NCBI GenBank assembly: GCA_030647355.1
Contig: JAUSIS010000013.1
Span: forward strand, 177,165-241,164
DNA length: 64,000 nucleotides
Direction of reading: 5' to 3'
Source: a bacterium
GTDB lineage: Bacteria > Patescibacteriota > UBA1384 > VFKW01
The notes under the pieces were generated by a model. The model was given only the letters and a program-made list of their open reading frames with translations. It did not search any database and was not told where the DNA came from. Positions 42,459 through 53,006 of the stretch are shown piece by piece. Positions within the stretch are counted from its first letter, which is position 1; every line of letters starts with the position of its first letter. The translations under genes were made by a program, and so were the position numbers.

Positions 42459-43487
42459 CTAAACGACCCACACAATTAACTTCCAATATGCCGTTAAAAA
42501 TAAAGAATAAATTCTGAATCCCGAAGCTGATAGCTCTGAAAATGATATCACAGAACTCAAATATTGCTTTAATTCTCTTTCGCTAACTTTTCTTTCCTCA
42601 ATTATTTTACGCCATTCAATAATTTTATTAAACCAGTGAATCACATCAATATATGATTTCATTTTAATCAAAAACCAACCTGAAACAATTGAATAAATAA
42701 CCACTAATAATTCATTCAGTACAGCTATAGGTAAGATTACTAATAAATACCCAGTAGAGAAATTCTTCAACATAAAAATAATTCTGTTTCTTTCTGCATA
42801 AAATAATTTATTTTTATTTCTTGAGAAAGAGTATTTATGCCAGACCTGAGCATCTGGTTGCAAGTTAATTTTGAAACCAGCTATCCTCGCCCTCCAACTA
42901 AAATCGACATCCTCATGGTACATAAAAAAACTTTTGTCAAATAAACCTAATTGTCTAACTATTTTTGCCGGAATAAACATCGCCGCACCGCTTGCTAAGG
43001 CAATATCCTCAGGCAAACCTATTTCTTTATAATTTTTCCGGTAATTACCGACATAACTCATGCCTAAATAATGCAAGACATTCCCAGATGTGTTAATTAA
43101 ATCTGTTTTCTTCCCGTTCTCGTGTAATAAGATTAAAGGTTGTAAGATTAAGTTTCTTTTTGCAGATTTAATAAGTAAATCTAGGCAATTCTCATTGACG
43201 ATAGTGTCTGGATTCAACAAAAAGATATACTCACATCCGTCATGCATCGCTTTTTCAGCGCCAATATTATTCGCATTAGCAAAACCATAATTCTGCTCGA
43301 GTTTAATAGTCTCAACACCCGTCCATTTTTTTTCAATATATTCCAGTGAGTCATCACTCGATTTATTATCTACAAAATAAACCTTGAAATCCTGACAGCT
43401 TGAATCAAAAACACTTCCCAAACAATCAGGAAGGTACTTTCTGCTATTATACCCAACTATTATTATCCCAACTCTACTCTTCAACAT
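42459..43487 (-). CDS. Glycosyltransferase family 2 (rhamnosyltransferase-like)
   Basis: VDNKSSD, NYGFANANN, LLNPD, FFMYHEDVD. Confidence 0.92.
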   Translation of the reverse strand: MLKSRVGIIIVGYNSRKYLPDCLGSVFDSSCQDFKVYFVDNKSSDDSLEYIEKKWTGVETIKLEQNYGFANANNIGAEKAMHDGCEYIFLLNPDTIVNENCLDLLIKSAKRNLILQPLILLHENGKKTDLINTSGNVLHYLGMSYVGNYRKNYKEIGLPEDIALASGAAMFIPAKIVRQLGLFDKSFFMYHEDVDFSWRARIAGFKINLQPDAQVWHKYSFSRNKNKLFYAERNRIIFMLKNFSTGYLLVILPIAVLNELLVVIYSIVSGWFLIKMKSYIDVIHWFNKIIEWRKIIEERKVSERELKQYLSSVISFSELSASGFRIYSLFLTAYWKLIVWVV

Positions 43488-43809
43488 CCCTCAATCCTAA
43501 TTTCATTACCAAATCCCTCAACTGACGCTCTAATCTATGGGACTTAACATACACTCTATAAGTAATAAAAAATAAGAAAACAAACGCGATCCCCAGATAT
43601 GTACCTATACCTGTATTTTGGTTACCAAATTGGCTATTCAATTCTATAAACAAAACTGGCTTAAGCGCAAATACTGCAATTATTGCCCATGCTATAACCC
43701 AGAATAGAAACATTCCTAAGGTTTCTTTTTTCTTTTTATAATCCAAGTAAGTCTTGGATGCAACTAATATAAATAATATGATAGAAATTATTTTGGCTAG
43801 AAAAATCAT
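43474..43809 (-). CDS. DUF2304-like membrane protein
   Basis: 3 TMs and C-terminal LERQLRDLV; follows a DPM-synthase-like GT2. Confidence 0.8.
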   Translation of the reverse strand: MIFLAKIISIILFILVASKTYLDYKKKKETLGMFLFWVIAWAIIAVFALKPVLFIELNSQFGNQNTGIGTYLGIAFVFLFFITYRVYVKSHRLERQLRDLVMKLGLRDVEE

Positions 43810-44495
43810 TTCTGCCTCCCAATTCTAATCGCAATAGACTTTGTTAATATATTCACTGCATTTAAAATATCTTGTCCTTTAGCCCTCGAATAATCAGTAT
43901 AAACTACTTCAATCGGCACTTCTGTAAAAGCTAATTTATTGCGCCTAATTTCCCCTACAATCTCCGAACATATCTCATATCCAACCGAATGTAGCTTCAT
44001 TTTTTTCAACGCGCTTTTGGAAAACGCTTTCATTCCCGATTGAGAATCTGAAGTCCATTTTCTAAAAACAATGAAAGTGATAACATTCATCGTCCAGTTC
44101 CCAAAAACCTTTACAAAAGGCATGCCATTATGATTTTTCATTCGAGAGCCTATCACTACATCTTTGCTATCACTTAATATCGGTTTTATTAAATGCTGAA
44201 TATCCTTAACCCTGTGCTGACCATCTGCATCCATAGTTACAATAATATCCGCTTTCTCCTTCTTTGCCACCTCCAAGCCGGTAATCGTCGCCGCTCCTAC
44301 ACCCATATTTAAGACTAACTTGATCGCTCTATCAGCATACTGTTTCGCAACCTCGTAAGTCCTGTCTTCACTACCGTCATCCACCACAATACTAACAATC
44401 TCATCTATTCCCTTTATTTTCTTCGGCAAAGACTTCAAAACCGCCCCAATCACTTTTTCCTCATTATGGGCCGGTATAACAATCGCTAATTTCAT
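43806..44495 (-). CDS. GT2, dolichol-phosphate mannosyltransferase-like
   Basis: IPAHNEE, VDDGSED, DADGQH, GSR, DSQSG. Confidence 0.92.
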   Translation of the reverse strand: MKLAIVIPAHNEEKVIGAVLKSLPKKIKGIDEIVSIVVDDGSEDRTYEVAKQYADRAIKLVLNMGVGAATITGLEVAKKEKADIIVTMDADGQHRVKDIQHLIKPILSDSKDVVIGSRMKNHNGMPFVKVFGNWTMNVITFIVFRKWTSDSQSGMKAFSKSALKKMKLHSVGYEICSEIVGEIRRNKLAFTEVPIEVVYTDYSRAKGQDILNAVNILTKSIAIRIGRQK

Positions 44496-44584
44496 AACAA
44501 CCCTCAATCAAGCTATATTACTTTATCAACTATTAATCAATCTTTTCTAACTTAACTTTATCTGATACAATTTAAACAAATATT

Positions 44585-45988
44585 ATGGATAAAATCAAAT
44601 ATCTTCTCGAAAATAAAATAATTTATTACTTGATTCTCGCCTGTTTCCTTGTTGGACTTCTTTTTCTTGTTTATCAATATGCCTTACTAACAAATTTTCC
44701 TATCGGCGATGATCCTGCCATTCATATCATATACGCTAAAACCTTATCTTACTCCCAAATTTGGCAACAAATTATTTATCCGCTACCACTTATTATATTT
44801 AAATATCTTCATAACCTCACATCAATTGAATACCCAAAACTCTTTACCTTACTAATCCCAACCTTCCTACTGTTTTCGGTTATAGCTATAAGCATTTACA
44901 CATATGGAATTAAAAAAAACATCCTCATCCCAATTACCGCCGCCATCCTTTTTTCAACTGCTAGGTGGACTATCGATGGATTGAGAATGGGATTGCTCGC
45001 AGAAACCTTCGGTTGGGTCATTTTACTGATTACTCTGATTGGATTGTCAAGACAAAATATCATAATTACTCTTATTGGCAGTATCCTATTGCCTTTTTCT
45101 CATCCTTTTTCCACCGTTGTCTATACTCTCATATTTTTACTTTATTTTATCATCTCAATTAAAAACCCCCTTGAACGAAAATTTTTATTCACCATTGCAG
45201 GTGCTTATTTAGCTTTATTTCTACTGTTCCATTTTTTAAAACCGGAACTCATCGATCGTTTTGTAAATTTTTCCAACCCTGAAGTCCGCGGCTGGGGAGA
45301 ACGCAGTTTCATAAATGTTATCACCGGCGAAGCTCCTTACCGATTCCTTATCCCATTAGTTTCTTTGATCGGTATTATCGTTTCATTTAAGGATTGGAAG
45401 AAACCCGTTATAAAAATATCCTACTTATTATTACTTGTTGGAATGTTTTTTTCTTTCAATCATCTCTTTGGAATGCAATTTATTGTTTTCCGTTTCTATC
45501 CTTATCTGGAAATGGGAATGATCATTTTCGCCGCCATCGGTTTGAACTATCTCATCACAAACCTCAAATATAAATCTACTCCCGCCTTATTATTAACTAT
45601 CATATTTTCCCTAATACTTGCTGCTCCAAATTTCCACATCAATCGCTCCGGTATCAAAATACAAGCTCATGATGTCAGCGCCAAAGCAATCATGCTTCCC
45701 GCTGACCAAGCCGCAATAGAATGGATCGACAAAAACACGCTGCCGACCGACACCATCGCCACCGATATCCGTCATTCTATCTGGATAACAGCGTTAGCCA
45801 ATAGAGCAGCTTTTGATTATCAAAATATCTATTTCGACAGTGTTTTATTAACAAAAGAACCCGATCCAAACTTATTAACAGCCAAATATATCTATTATCC
45901 AATTGGCCACACCATTCCTGAAGAGATAACCCAATTTTACAAACCCATCTTCTCTCAAGACGGTGTCACAATCGAGGTTAAAAAATGA
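44585..45988 (+). CDS. Polytopic membrane protein (GT-C-like)
   Basis: GDDPAIH loop after TM1, many TMs, RFYPY, AIEWIDKNT. Confidence 0.75.
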   Translation: MDKIKYLLENKIIYYLILACFLVGLLFLVYQYALLTNFPIGDDPAIHIIYAKTLSYSQIWQQIIYPLPLIIFKYLHNLTSIEYPKLFTLLIPTFLLFSVIAISIYTYGIKKNILIPITAAILFSTARWTIDGLRMGLLAETFGWVILLITLIGLSRQNIIITLIGSILLPFSHPFSTVVYTLIFLLYFIISIKNPLERKFLFTIAGAYLALFLLFHFLKPELIDRFVNFSNPEVRGWGERSFINVITGEAPYRFLIPLVSLIGIIVSFKDWKKPVIKISYLLLLVGMFFSFNHLFGMQFIVFRFYPYLEMGMIIFAAIGLNYLITNLKYKSTPALLLTIIFSLILAAPNFHINRSGIKIQAHDVSAKAIMLPADQAAIEWIDKNTLPTDTIATDIRHSIWITALANRAAFDYQNIYFDSVLLTKEPDPNLLTAKYIYYPIGHTIPEEITQFYKPIFSQDGVTIEVKK

Positions 45989-46353
45989 TCAAATACGATT
46001 CTAAAAAAACTACCATTTTCCTATTATTATATATTTGCCTTGCCCAATTTACCGATTTCCTTCTGCATCTGTGGTTTTTCATCCCCATTCTTATATTAAC
46101 TATTTTTTACTCTGCCAAAGAAATCAAAAAACAAGAATTTTTGCATCTTGCTATTAATTTCCTAATATTTTATCTTATCCTAGAAAGAGTTATCCGCTTG
46201 CCCTATCTCATTCTGACAAAACATGGTTATTCACTCGCCATCTCTATAATTCTCTCAATTCTCTATATCTGTTTTATTCTTTTTATAATCAATATTTTAA
46301 CTAATTTGGGAATCAAACAATATCGAAAGAAGCTTCCATTGCATCAAAAATAA
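45985..46353 (+). CDS. Small membrane protein
   Basis: 122 aa, hydrophobic; ATGA overlap with upstream gene. Confidence 0.7.
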   Translation: MIKYDSKKTTIFLLLYICLAQFTDFLLHLWFFIPILILTIFYSAKEIKKQEFLHLAINFLIFYLILERVIRLPYLILTKHGYSLAISIILSILYICFILFIINILTNLGIKQYRKKLPLHQK

Positions 46354-46356
46354 TAA

Positions 46357-47604
46357 TTATTTCATATTATTCTTTGAGATCATCAAACCACTAATTAAAA
46401 ACATCAAAAATATCCCAACCTGACCTGTATAGATATTAATAAAAAGACCTGAAATTGCCATAGCCAATGTCAATAAAAAGGCCGACTTATATTCCAACAT
46501 CCCATATTTTTTATAACTTGCTGCTAGAAAATATCCAAACATCGCCACAAGCAACCCCATCCCAATTAACCCCAGTTGTTCAAATGTATCCAAATAAATA
46601 TTTTCCGTCCAACGGTTAGTTGTCCCATCCAGACTATACTGCGAAGCCGGCCCAGCTGTCCCCATCCCGCGGCCAACCAACCCGATCTCATTTCTTGTAT
46701 CCCATATTCTCTCATACTGTTTAATCCTGTCTTGAGACGAAGCATAATGAGTCAATAAATCTTTCGTCGATGCATTACTATAAACCACTAATCCCAATCC
46801 AGCCAGCAAAAATAAACCCAAACACAAAGAAGTAACCGCTATCCTTAAATTAAACCTATCTTTCAAATAAACAAATAAAACACTAAATAACATCAATATA
46901 GCCCCGATCAATGCACTCCTACAAAATGTAAGAACCAGTACAACAAAAAATATTCCCAAAAGCCATTTGCTCGTTTTGCCAAATTTTTGAAAAATCCCCA
47001 AACAACATCCTACAAGTGCCATCATATACAAACCGAGAGCATTTGGTCCAGCCAAAACCCCTTGTAGACGAGGTATTTTTAGTGAACCGGAAATATGCTC
47101 ACTAACCAACGCCCCCGTCGAAGACAAACTGGTTGTCAAAGGAATTCTAACCCCGACTAGCTCCAAAATTGCCAGAGCAGAAATAACTGATCCCCCTACT
47201 ATCAAAACTTTATATATCCAGCTCTTCTGCTTTTCAGTCAAATCCATCAGACTAACCGACAAAAACAATACGATCGGCATAAAAATAAACCTAAACCCTC
47301 GGAGCCACTGCATCAAGCTATCTTCTCTCCAAAATACCGACAGCAAACCAAATAAGATAAAAACCACAAAAAGCCACAATGACTTATCTATTTTCTTTTT
47401 CTTCAAATAGACCCCGTACAATGCCATCAAAAAAATCAATCCGACAAACAAATCTCTTAGTAAACTAATCGAAGATTTACCTGTTAAACTCACAATCCAC
47501 GAGCTAAAAGGCAAAAAACCAAGCAATCCAACCAAACCATAAAACACCCACTTATTTATTCTTTCAATTTTTGCTAGATTATTTTTTTCCATTCGTTCTC
47601 CCAA
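46357..47604 (-). CDS. O-antigen ligase/Wzy_C family protein
   Basis: RLQGVLAGPNALG, TFCRSA, GRGMG, ENIYL, GLIG. Confidence 0.88.
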   Translation of the reverse strand: MGERMEKNNLAKIERINKWVFYGLVGLLGFLPFSSWIVSLTGKSSISLLRDLFVGLIFLMALYGVYLKKKKIDKSLWLFVVFILFGLLSVFWREDSLMQWLRGFRFIFMPIVLFLSVSLMDLTEKQKSWIYKVLIVGGSVISALAILELVGVRIPLTTSLSSTGALVSEHISGSLKIPRLQGVLAGPNALGLYMMALVGCCLGIFQKFGKTSKWLLGIFFVVLVLTFCRSALIGAILMLFSVLFVYLKDRFNLRIAVTSLCLGLFLLAGLGLVVYSNASTKDLLTHYASSQDRIKQYERIWDTRNEIGLVGRGMGTAGPASQYSLDGTTNRWTENIYLDTFEQLGLIGMGLLVAMFGYFLAASYKKYGMLEYKSAFLLTLAMAISGLFINIYTGQVGIFLMFLISGLMISKNNMK

Positions 47605-48973
47605 CTCCCAACGCCTGACTCCGGACTGCTAATCCCGCTATCCACCCTAACAAAAACCAGATATACGTTATATACAAGGTTGAAAAAAATTGATACTGTA
47701 CGATAATACCTACCAAAGCCGAGATAAGAGCACCTAAATAATAATTATTTTTGTCATTTTTATCCGTTGCCACCTTTGCCTTCAAACCCCAATAAATTAC
47801 AAACCCGAGAAAACTCAATATTACCAGCATCCCCACCAAACCTGTTTCCGCCAATATTTCTAGCGGCTCATTATTTACAATCTGATTCGTTCCATAAACG
47901 GTTGCCTTTCCAGCCGCGTATGGTCCGAAATTACCAATTCCTACCCCAAAAAGCGGCTTGCTCTTCCAAGCCTCGATTGCCAGATCATAAGTACTTTTTC
48001 TATCATTTGTCGAATAATCATTCTGATCAACTGCATGGTTGGTAAACCTGCTGATAGCCATCCTGCTATTTTGGGTATTATTAACTTGTCCAGGGTTCAA
48101 TCGATTGGATTCTATTTTCTGATACCAACCAGCAAACCCAATCATCAAAAATGCAAACCCTGTAATAACTACTCCCTCCCCAACCAATAATAAAACCCTT
48201 TTCCAGTTATCTAATCTCGCGTACATGAGCAGAACTGCCAAAACCATAAACGCCGCCCCAAGATATGCCCCTCTTGAAATCGACAAAACTAACACTGCAC
48301 CAATTAATATGGTTAAAATTCTTCTCCATAAAGCAGAAATTATTTTCCAATCTTTCAATTCAGCAATCATTAAAAATGCCAGTGGTATTATCATAAAATT
48401 ACCCATATAGAGAGGCTCTAAAAACGTCGATTGAATTCTTGGAAAGCCAAATACTAATTTTGTATATTCCAACCGTAAACCAGTAAAAATTGTTGACACA
48501 CCCAAAACATCTCCGATGAATTGATACAATCCAAATAAAGTAATCAAACCAGATACAACCAGCAACGTCTTTATCATTAATTCTTTTTTATCCCTTAAAA
48601 CCAACTGAGATGCTACCAAAAAGACAACACATGCATAGGCGGAAAAAATTAGATAATGAACTCCTCTGCCGATATCGATCGCCCCCCGAAGTGACACCAA
48701 GCAAACCAGTAAATAAACCAACAATAAAAGATAATATTTTTTGACTTTAATTTTCTCTCTTTTCCTCATCCAATCCCAGATAATTATCAAAAAAGAAACT
48801 CCCAATAAAATCTCATTTATTTTAATCGTCGCTCCGGTAATATCAAAAGAGGGGAGTCGCTCAAACGGCAACGATGCTACCAAAATTGCCGGCATCCACT
48901 CTCGCTTAACAACCATCAGCACTGTTCCTATTAGCGCCAAAACCAATATCAACCAAATCAACTTTTCCTCCAC
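47579..48973 (-). CDS. O-antigen ligase/Wzy_C family protein
   Basis: RIQSTFLEP, SISRGA, PLFGVGIGNF, NNEPLEILAETGLVG. Confidence 0.9.
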   Translation of the reverse strand: MEEKLIWLILVLALIGTVLMVVKREWMPAILVASLPFERLPSFDITGATIKINEILLGVSFLIIIWDWMRKREKIKVKKYYLLLLVYLLVCLVSLRGAIDIGRGVHYLIFSAYACVVFLVASQLVLRDKKELMIKTLLVVSGLITLFGLYQFIGDVLGVSTIFTGLRLEYTKLVFGFPRIQSTFLEPLYMGNFMIIPLAFLMIAELKDWKIISALWRRILTILIGAVLVLSISRGAYLGAAFMVLAVLLMYARLDNWKRVLLLVGEGVVITGFAFLMIGFAGWYQKIESNRLNPGQVNNTQNSRMAISRFTNHAVDQNDYSTNDRKSTYDLAIEAWKSKPLFGVGIGNFGPYAAGKATVYGTNQIVNNEPLEILAETGLVGMLVILSFLGFVIYWGLKAKVATDKNDKNNYYLGALISALVGIIVQYQFFSTLYITYIWFLLGWIAGLAVRSQALGVGRTNGKK

Positions 48974-49773
48974 CCTCGCAACTTAAAATAATTAACCATT
49001 ACTATTGGCCAACGCAACATATCTAAACACATTACCGACCATAATCCATAATGCTTCGCAAAAAACCGCGCTTGGTTTTGATAATACATCTGCTTCTGCT
49101 TCCAACCTACACCAAAGCTCCTCCCGCCCAGATGAACAATCTCCACTTCCGGATACCACGCCACCTTGAATCCCTCTTCTTTCACCCCCTGACACAAATC
49201 CGTATCTTCAAAATACATAAAAAATCGCTCGTCAAAACCGCCAATTTTTTTAAACAAATCCCTTCGAATCAAAAGCACCGCGCCTGTCACCCAATCAACC
49301 TCCGCATAACCCTTGCTGTTCAATTTTGCCTTAAAATTTACATTTCTCCCTAAAAGAGACCATAAACTTGGCTCTCTCCCATACTGCCCAATTTGCTCCG
49401 TTCCTCCATCCTCCAAAACCAATTTCGGCCCTATTGCCCCGACATCTCTATGTCTCCCCATAAATTCCACCATTCTCCTGATCCCATCGTCCACCAAAAC
49501 CGTATCGCTATTTAAAAACAGTAAATATTCTCCCGACGCCATCTTTGCCCCGATATTATTTGCCGCCCCAAAACCCACATTTTTCTCATTTTCCACTACC
49601 CTTACCCAACCAAAGCTAGCTCTCACCGCCTCCACAGAGCCGTCAGACGAGGCATTATCCACTACCGTAACCTCAACTTCATTTTTATCCAAAAACCTCT
49701 CCAAGGACGCCAAGCAGTCAAGCAATAGCTTTTTAGTATTATAACTGATGATTATTATTGATAACTTCACCAT
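48958..49773 (-). CDS. Glycosyltransferase family 2 (WbbL-like)
   Basis: IISYN, VDNASSD, NVGFGAANN, FLNSD, FFMYFEDTD; start at ATG 49773. Confidence 0.92.
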   Translation of the reverse strand: MVKLSIIIISYNTKKLLLDCLASLERFLDKNEVEVTVVDNASSDGSVEAVRASFGWVRVVENEKNVGFGAANNIGAKMASGEYLLFLNSDTVLVDDGIRRMVEFMGRHRDVGAIGPKLVLEDGGTEQIGQYGREPSLWSLLGRNVNFKAKLNSKGYAEVDWVTGAVLLIRRDLFKKIGGFDERFFMYFEDTDLCQGVKEEGFKVAWYPEVEIVHLGGRSFGVGWKQKQMYYQNQARFFAKHYGLWSVMCLDMLRWPIVMVNYFKLRGWRKS

Positions 49774-49819
49774 CAACCTATCTTGCTCATAACCCGATAA
49801 AATAATACAATATCCATAG

Positions 49820-51121
49820 ATGGCCGAACAAAAAACAAAAATAGCTTTAATATGCAACGACTATATCGGATCAAAAATGGCTGGACCAGGTATCCGTTAT
49901 TTTGAAATGGCCAAAGTGTTCTCTCAACATTTCGAAACCACCTTATTTGTACCCGACTCCTGCGATTTTAAATCTGACGACTTCCAAATCATCACTTACA
50001 ACTCCGCTAAATCCAGCTCCAGTATAGCAAAAAAACTGGGTAATTGCGACTATGTCATCGCCCAGAACCTCCGCCCTACCCTCATAAAATTTATAAAACA
50101 AAATAAAATCCGCTATATTTCCGATCAATATGACCCTCTCCTCATTGAAATTCTTGAATATACAAAAGGTGATTCCCAACAATTAAAACAAAACACTTCA
50201 AAATTTATATATCATCTGACCATGCTGCAGTTTTTCACTGCTGACCATGTTCTTTGCGCCTCTGAGATTCAAAAAAGTTTCTATCTCGGCTTAATGTCCG
50301 GTAACCAACTTATATCCCCAAATGAATATAAAAATGACCCTGGTCTCAATAATTTTATGAGTTTATTGCCCTTTGGCATTTCCCAAGACAAGCCGATATA
50401 TACAAACCCAAACCAGATGGAAGAAAAATTTCCGCAAATAAAACCTGATGATAAAATTATTTACTGGGGTGGGGGAGTGTGGAATTGGTTCGATGCTCTT
50501 TCTGCCGTCAAAGCAATCGAGATTATCTCCAAAAAACGCTCCGATATTAAACTTTTCTTTTTAGGCACACGGCCTCCCAACCCCAAAATCAAAGAAATGG
50601 CCATGGTAGGGAGAACTGTCGATTATTGTCGCCAGCACAATCTACTTGATAAATTTGTCTTTTTCAATTTTGGCTGGACCCCTTATGAGGAAAGAGTCAA
50701 TTACCTACTTCGTTCCTCTGTCGGCATCTCAACTCATTTTTCTTCACTTGAAACCAGATTTTCCTTTCGCACCAGAGTGCTAGATTATTTTTGGGCCGAA
50801 CTTCCCATGGTCTTAACCAAAGGTGATTATATGGCCGATCTAACACAAAAACATAATCTCGGTCTTGTAGTCGATTATCAAGACTCTACGGCTATCGCCG
50901 CCGCAATTGAGAAAATCATCGATCATCCCGATACTTACAAAATAATGAAAGCCAATATCGTCGAGTTCAAAAAACAATTTTTATGGGAACAATCCGCCAA
51001 AGAATTAATTGAAAAGGTTAAATCAGATAAAATAGTTTTCCATCCCATAAGCCCATCCAAATTTCAAGCCTTACAATTTAATTTTTACTACTGGGGATTT
51101 AGAAAGAAATTTTTCAAATAA
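49820..51121 (+). CDS. Glycosyltransferase (GT-B)
   Basis: MAGPGIRY, WGGGVWNWFD, SFRTRVLDY. Confidence 0.85.
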   Translation: MAEQKTKIALICNDYIGSKMAGPGIRYFEMAKVFSQHFETTLFVPDSCDFKSDDFQIITYNSAKSSSSIAKKLGNCDYVIAQNLRPTLIKFIKQNKIRYISDQYDPLLIEILEYTKGDSQQLKQNTSKFIYHLTMLQFFTADHVLCASEIQKSFYLGLMSGNQLISPNEYKNDPGLNNFMSLLPFGISQDKPIYTNPNQMEEKFPQIKPDDKIIYWGGGVWNWFDALSAVKAIEIISKKRSDIKLFFLGTRPPNPKIKEMAMVGRTVDYCRQHNLLDKFVFFNFGWTPYEERVNYLLRSSVGISTHFSSLETRFSFRTRVLDYFWAELPMVLTKGDYMADLTQKHNLGLVVDYQDSTAIAAAIEKIIDHPDTYKIMKANIVEFKKQFLWEQSAKELIEKVKSDKIVFHPISPSKFQALQFNFYYWGFRKKFFK

Positions 51122-51158
51122 TATTCATATAATCAAAAAAGTTACAAAAAAGGTAAAA

Positions 51159-52610
51159 ATGGAACCGGATATTCACGCCAATCCTAATAAAATCGCTTCC
51201 AACACTCTTTTCCAGATTATTTCAAAATTTGCTATCCTTTTATTGTCTCTAATTGCGATTAAAATTATTACCAATACACTTGGTGTCAGCGGTACGGGCT
51301 ACTTTAACACTATTACCACCTATTTCGGGTTCATCATCATTGCCGCTGATTTAGGACTTTTCTCTGTCGCCGTACGCGAAATTTCCAAACAACCGGAAAA
51401 ACAAAGAAAAATTTTATATAACGTTTTTACAATAAGACTGATTTTCTCAACAATCTTTACAATTATCGGTATTTCCCTCGCTTTCTTGACACATTACCCC
51501 TCCCAAATAAAATACGGACTTCTTATTGCTAGCTTATATCCGATTATAAATCTTGTCTCCAGCGTTTATGATATCTTTTTTCAATACAAATTAGAGATGA
51601 AAAAAGTCGCCATTTCTGAACTTTTTTCAAAAATTATTACTACCGTTATTTTACTCATTTTTACTTATTATAAGGTCAATTTTTACATCTTTATGACTAC
51701 CATTCCCATCGCCGCCCTCCTAATATTTATCTGTAAAATCTACCTTAGCCGCAATGAATTAAAGCTCAAATTTGAATACGACAAACCAGTTTATAATAAT
51801 CTATTAAAAATGTCTTTACCTTTAGGTATTGTCTTTATTGTTAATAATTTCTATTTTAAAGTTGACACATTGATTCTCTTTTTCTTTAAAGGCGCTACTG
51901 CTGTCGGTATTTATTCCGTTACCTATCGTATCCTCGAAACCACTCTTTTCACTGGCTCATTTCTTTCAAGTTCATTAAAACCATTACTATCCACCTCTGT
52001 TCACAACGATCCGGCTAAAACCGAAAAAGCCCTCCAGCGCGGTTCGGCCTTCTTGGTTTTTATGGCTTTATTTTTGACCATTTCTTGTGTTACCTTTCCA
52101 AGAGAAATCATCACTCTTTTAAGTAACAACTCCTTCATTTCCGGACAATACGCCCTAGTAATTCTCGGTTTCGTCTCTATATTTATCTATACCGGCGGCT
52201 TACTTGGCGAAATTATGATTGCCCTTGATCTTCGTCGAATTTTAATTCGTAACTCAATATTCATCTTACTTTTCAATGTTATTCTTAATGTCCTGGTTAT
52301 TCCTCGCTATTCCTTCACCGGCGCCGCCGTTACTACCTTGATTTCAGAAATTGTATTATTTACCATCACCGCTACGATAGTAAAAAAATATTTCAAACTT
52401 GCTTTTGATTGGCCTAGAATTGCTAAATTACTTGGTATCGCATTTTTATCAATCCTGCTCGGTTATACCTTCAAAAGCTATACACCATTTCTATTAAATC
52501 TTCCTTTAGTGTTATTATTTTATGCCGTCATTGCATATTTTGCCGACGCCATCCCCAGAGAAATTACCGATAATTATCTCAAAACTATAAAATCCCGTTT
52601 CTCAAGATGA
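51159..52610 (+). CDS. Oligosaccharide flippase (Wzx-like)
   Basis: IASNTLFQ, DLGL, KVDTLIL, VGIYS, IPRYSFTGAA. Confidence 0.9.
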   Translation: MEPDIHANPNKIASNTLFQIISKFAILLLSLIAIKIITNTLGVSGTGYFNTITTYFGFIIIAADLGLFSVAVREISKQPEKQRKILYNVFTIRLIFSTIFTIIGISLAFLTHYPSQIKYGLLIASLYPIINLVSSVYDIFFQYKLEMKKVAISELFSKIITTVILLIFTYYKVNFYIFMTTIPIAALLIFICKIYLSRNELKLKFEYDKPVYNNLLKMSLPLGIVFIVNNFYFKVDTLILFFFKGATAVGIYSVTYRILETTLFTGSFLSSSLKPLLSTSVHNDPAKTEKALQRGSAFLVFMALFLTISCVTFPREIITLLSNNSFISGQYALVILGFVSIFIYTGGLLGEIMIALDLRRILIRNSIFILLFNVILNVLVIPRYSFTGAAVTTLISEIVLFTITATIVKKYFKLAFDWPRIAKLLGIAFLSILLGYTFKSYTPFLLNLPLVLLFYAVIAYFADAIPREITDNYLKTIKSRFSR

Positions 52611-52614
52611 TACA

Positions 52615-52640
52615 AAAATGAGTCGCTAGCGACTCATTTT
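52615..52640. terminator. Bidirectional terminator-like palindrome
   Basis: AAAATGAGTCGC TA GCGACTCATTTT. Confidence 0.75.
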
Positions 52641-52689
52641 AATAATTCTTACTGTCCACCCCGACCGAAGTGTCAGGGCTGGCCAACTT

Positions 52690-52937
52690 ACTTTTTTTGG
52701 GTTAGCATATGAGGCTACCGAATCACCCAATCTTCTTTCCACCGCCTCATAATTCACTTTTTTACCACTTGCTCACTCTACCTCGTCAATTACTTCAAAA
52801 ACCGTATATCCTTTGCCGGTTCCCAGATTAAAAACTCCAGATTCATCCTTTTCCATTAGCAGGGTTAGGATAATATTAAAAGCTCTCCCCGCTACTTGTA
52901 TTATTGTGTTGTAGGCAACGTTTCTCGCAATAGTCAT
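52690..52937 (-). pseudogene. Chimeric remnant: flippase N-terminus fused to a GalE C-terminal fragment
   Basis: MTIARNVAYNTIIQVAGRAFNIILTLL-MEKDESGVFNLGTGKGYTVFEVIDEVE*ASGKKVNYEAVERRLGDSVASYANPKK. Confidence 0.85.
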
Positions 52938-53006
52938 ATATCTTCCGACCTATTATACCATAAAAAACGGACAATTTCCGCGTCTTAAACTATATTTTAG
53001 CTATAA

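Noticed and set aside
52773-52775. TGA recoding (genetic code 25) suggested by an in-frame TGA
   Set aside because: TGA terminates many intact genes here, often in ATGA overlaps; the TGA lies in a pseudogene
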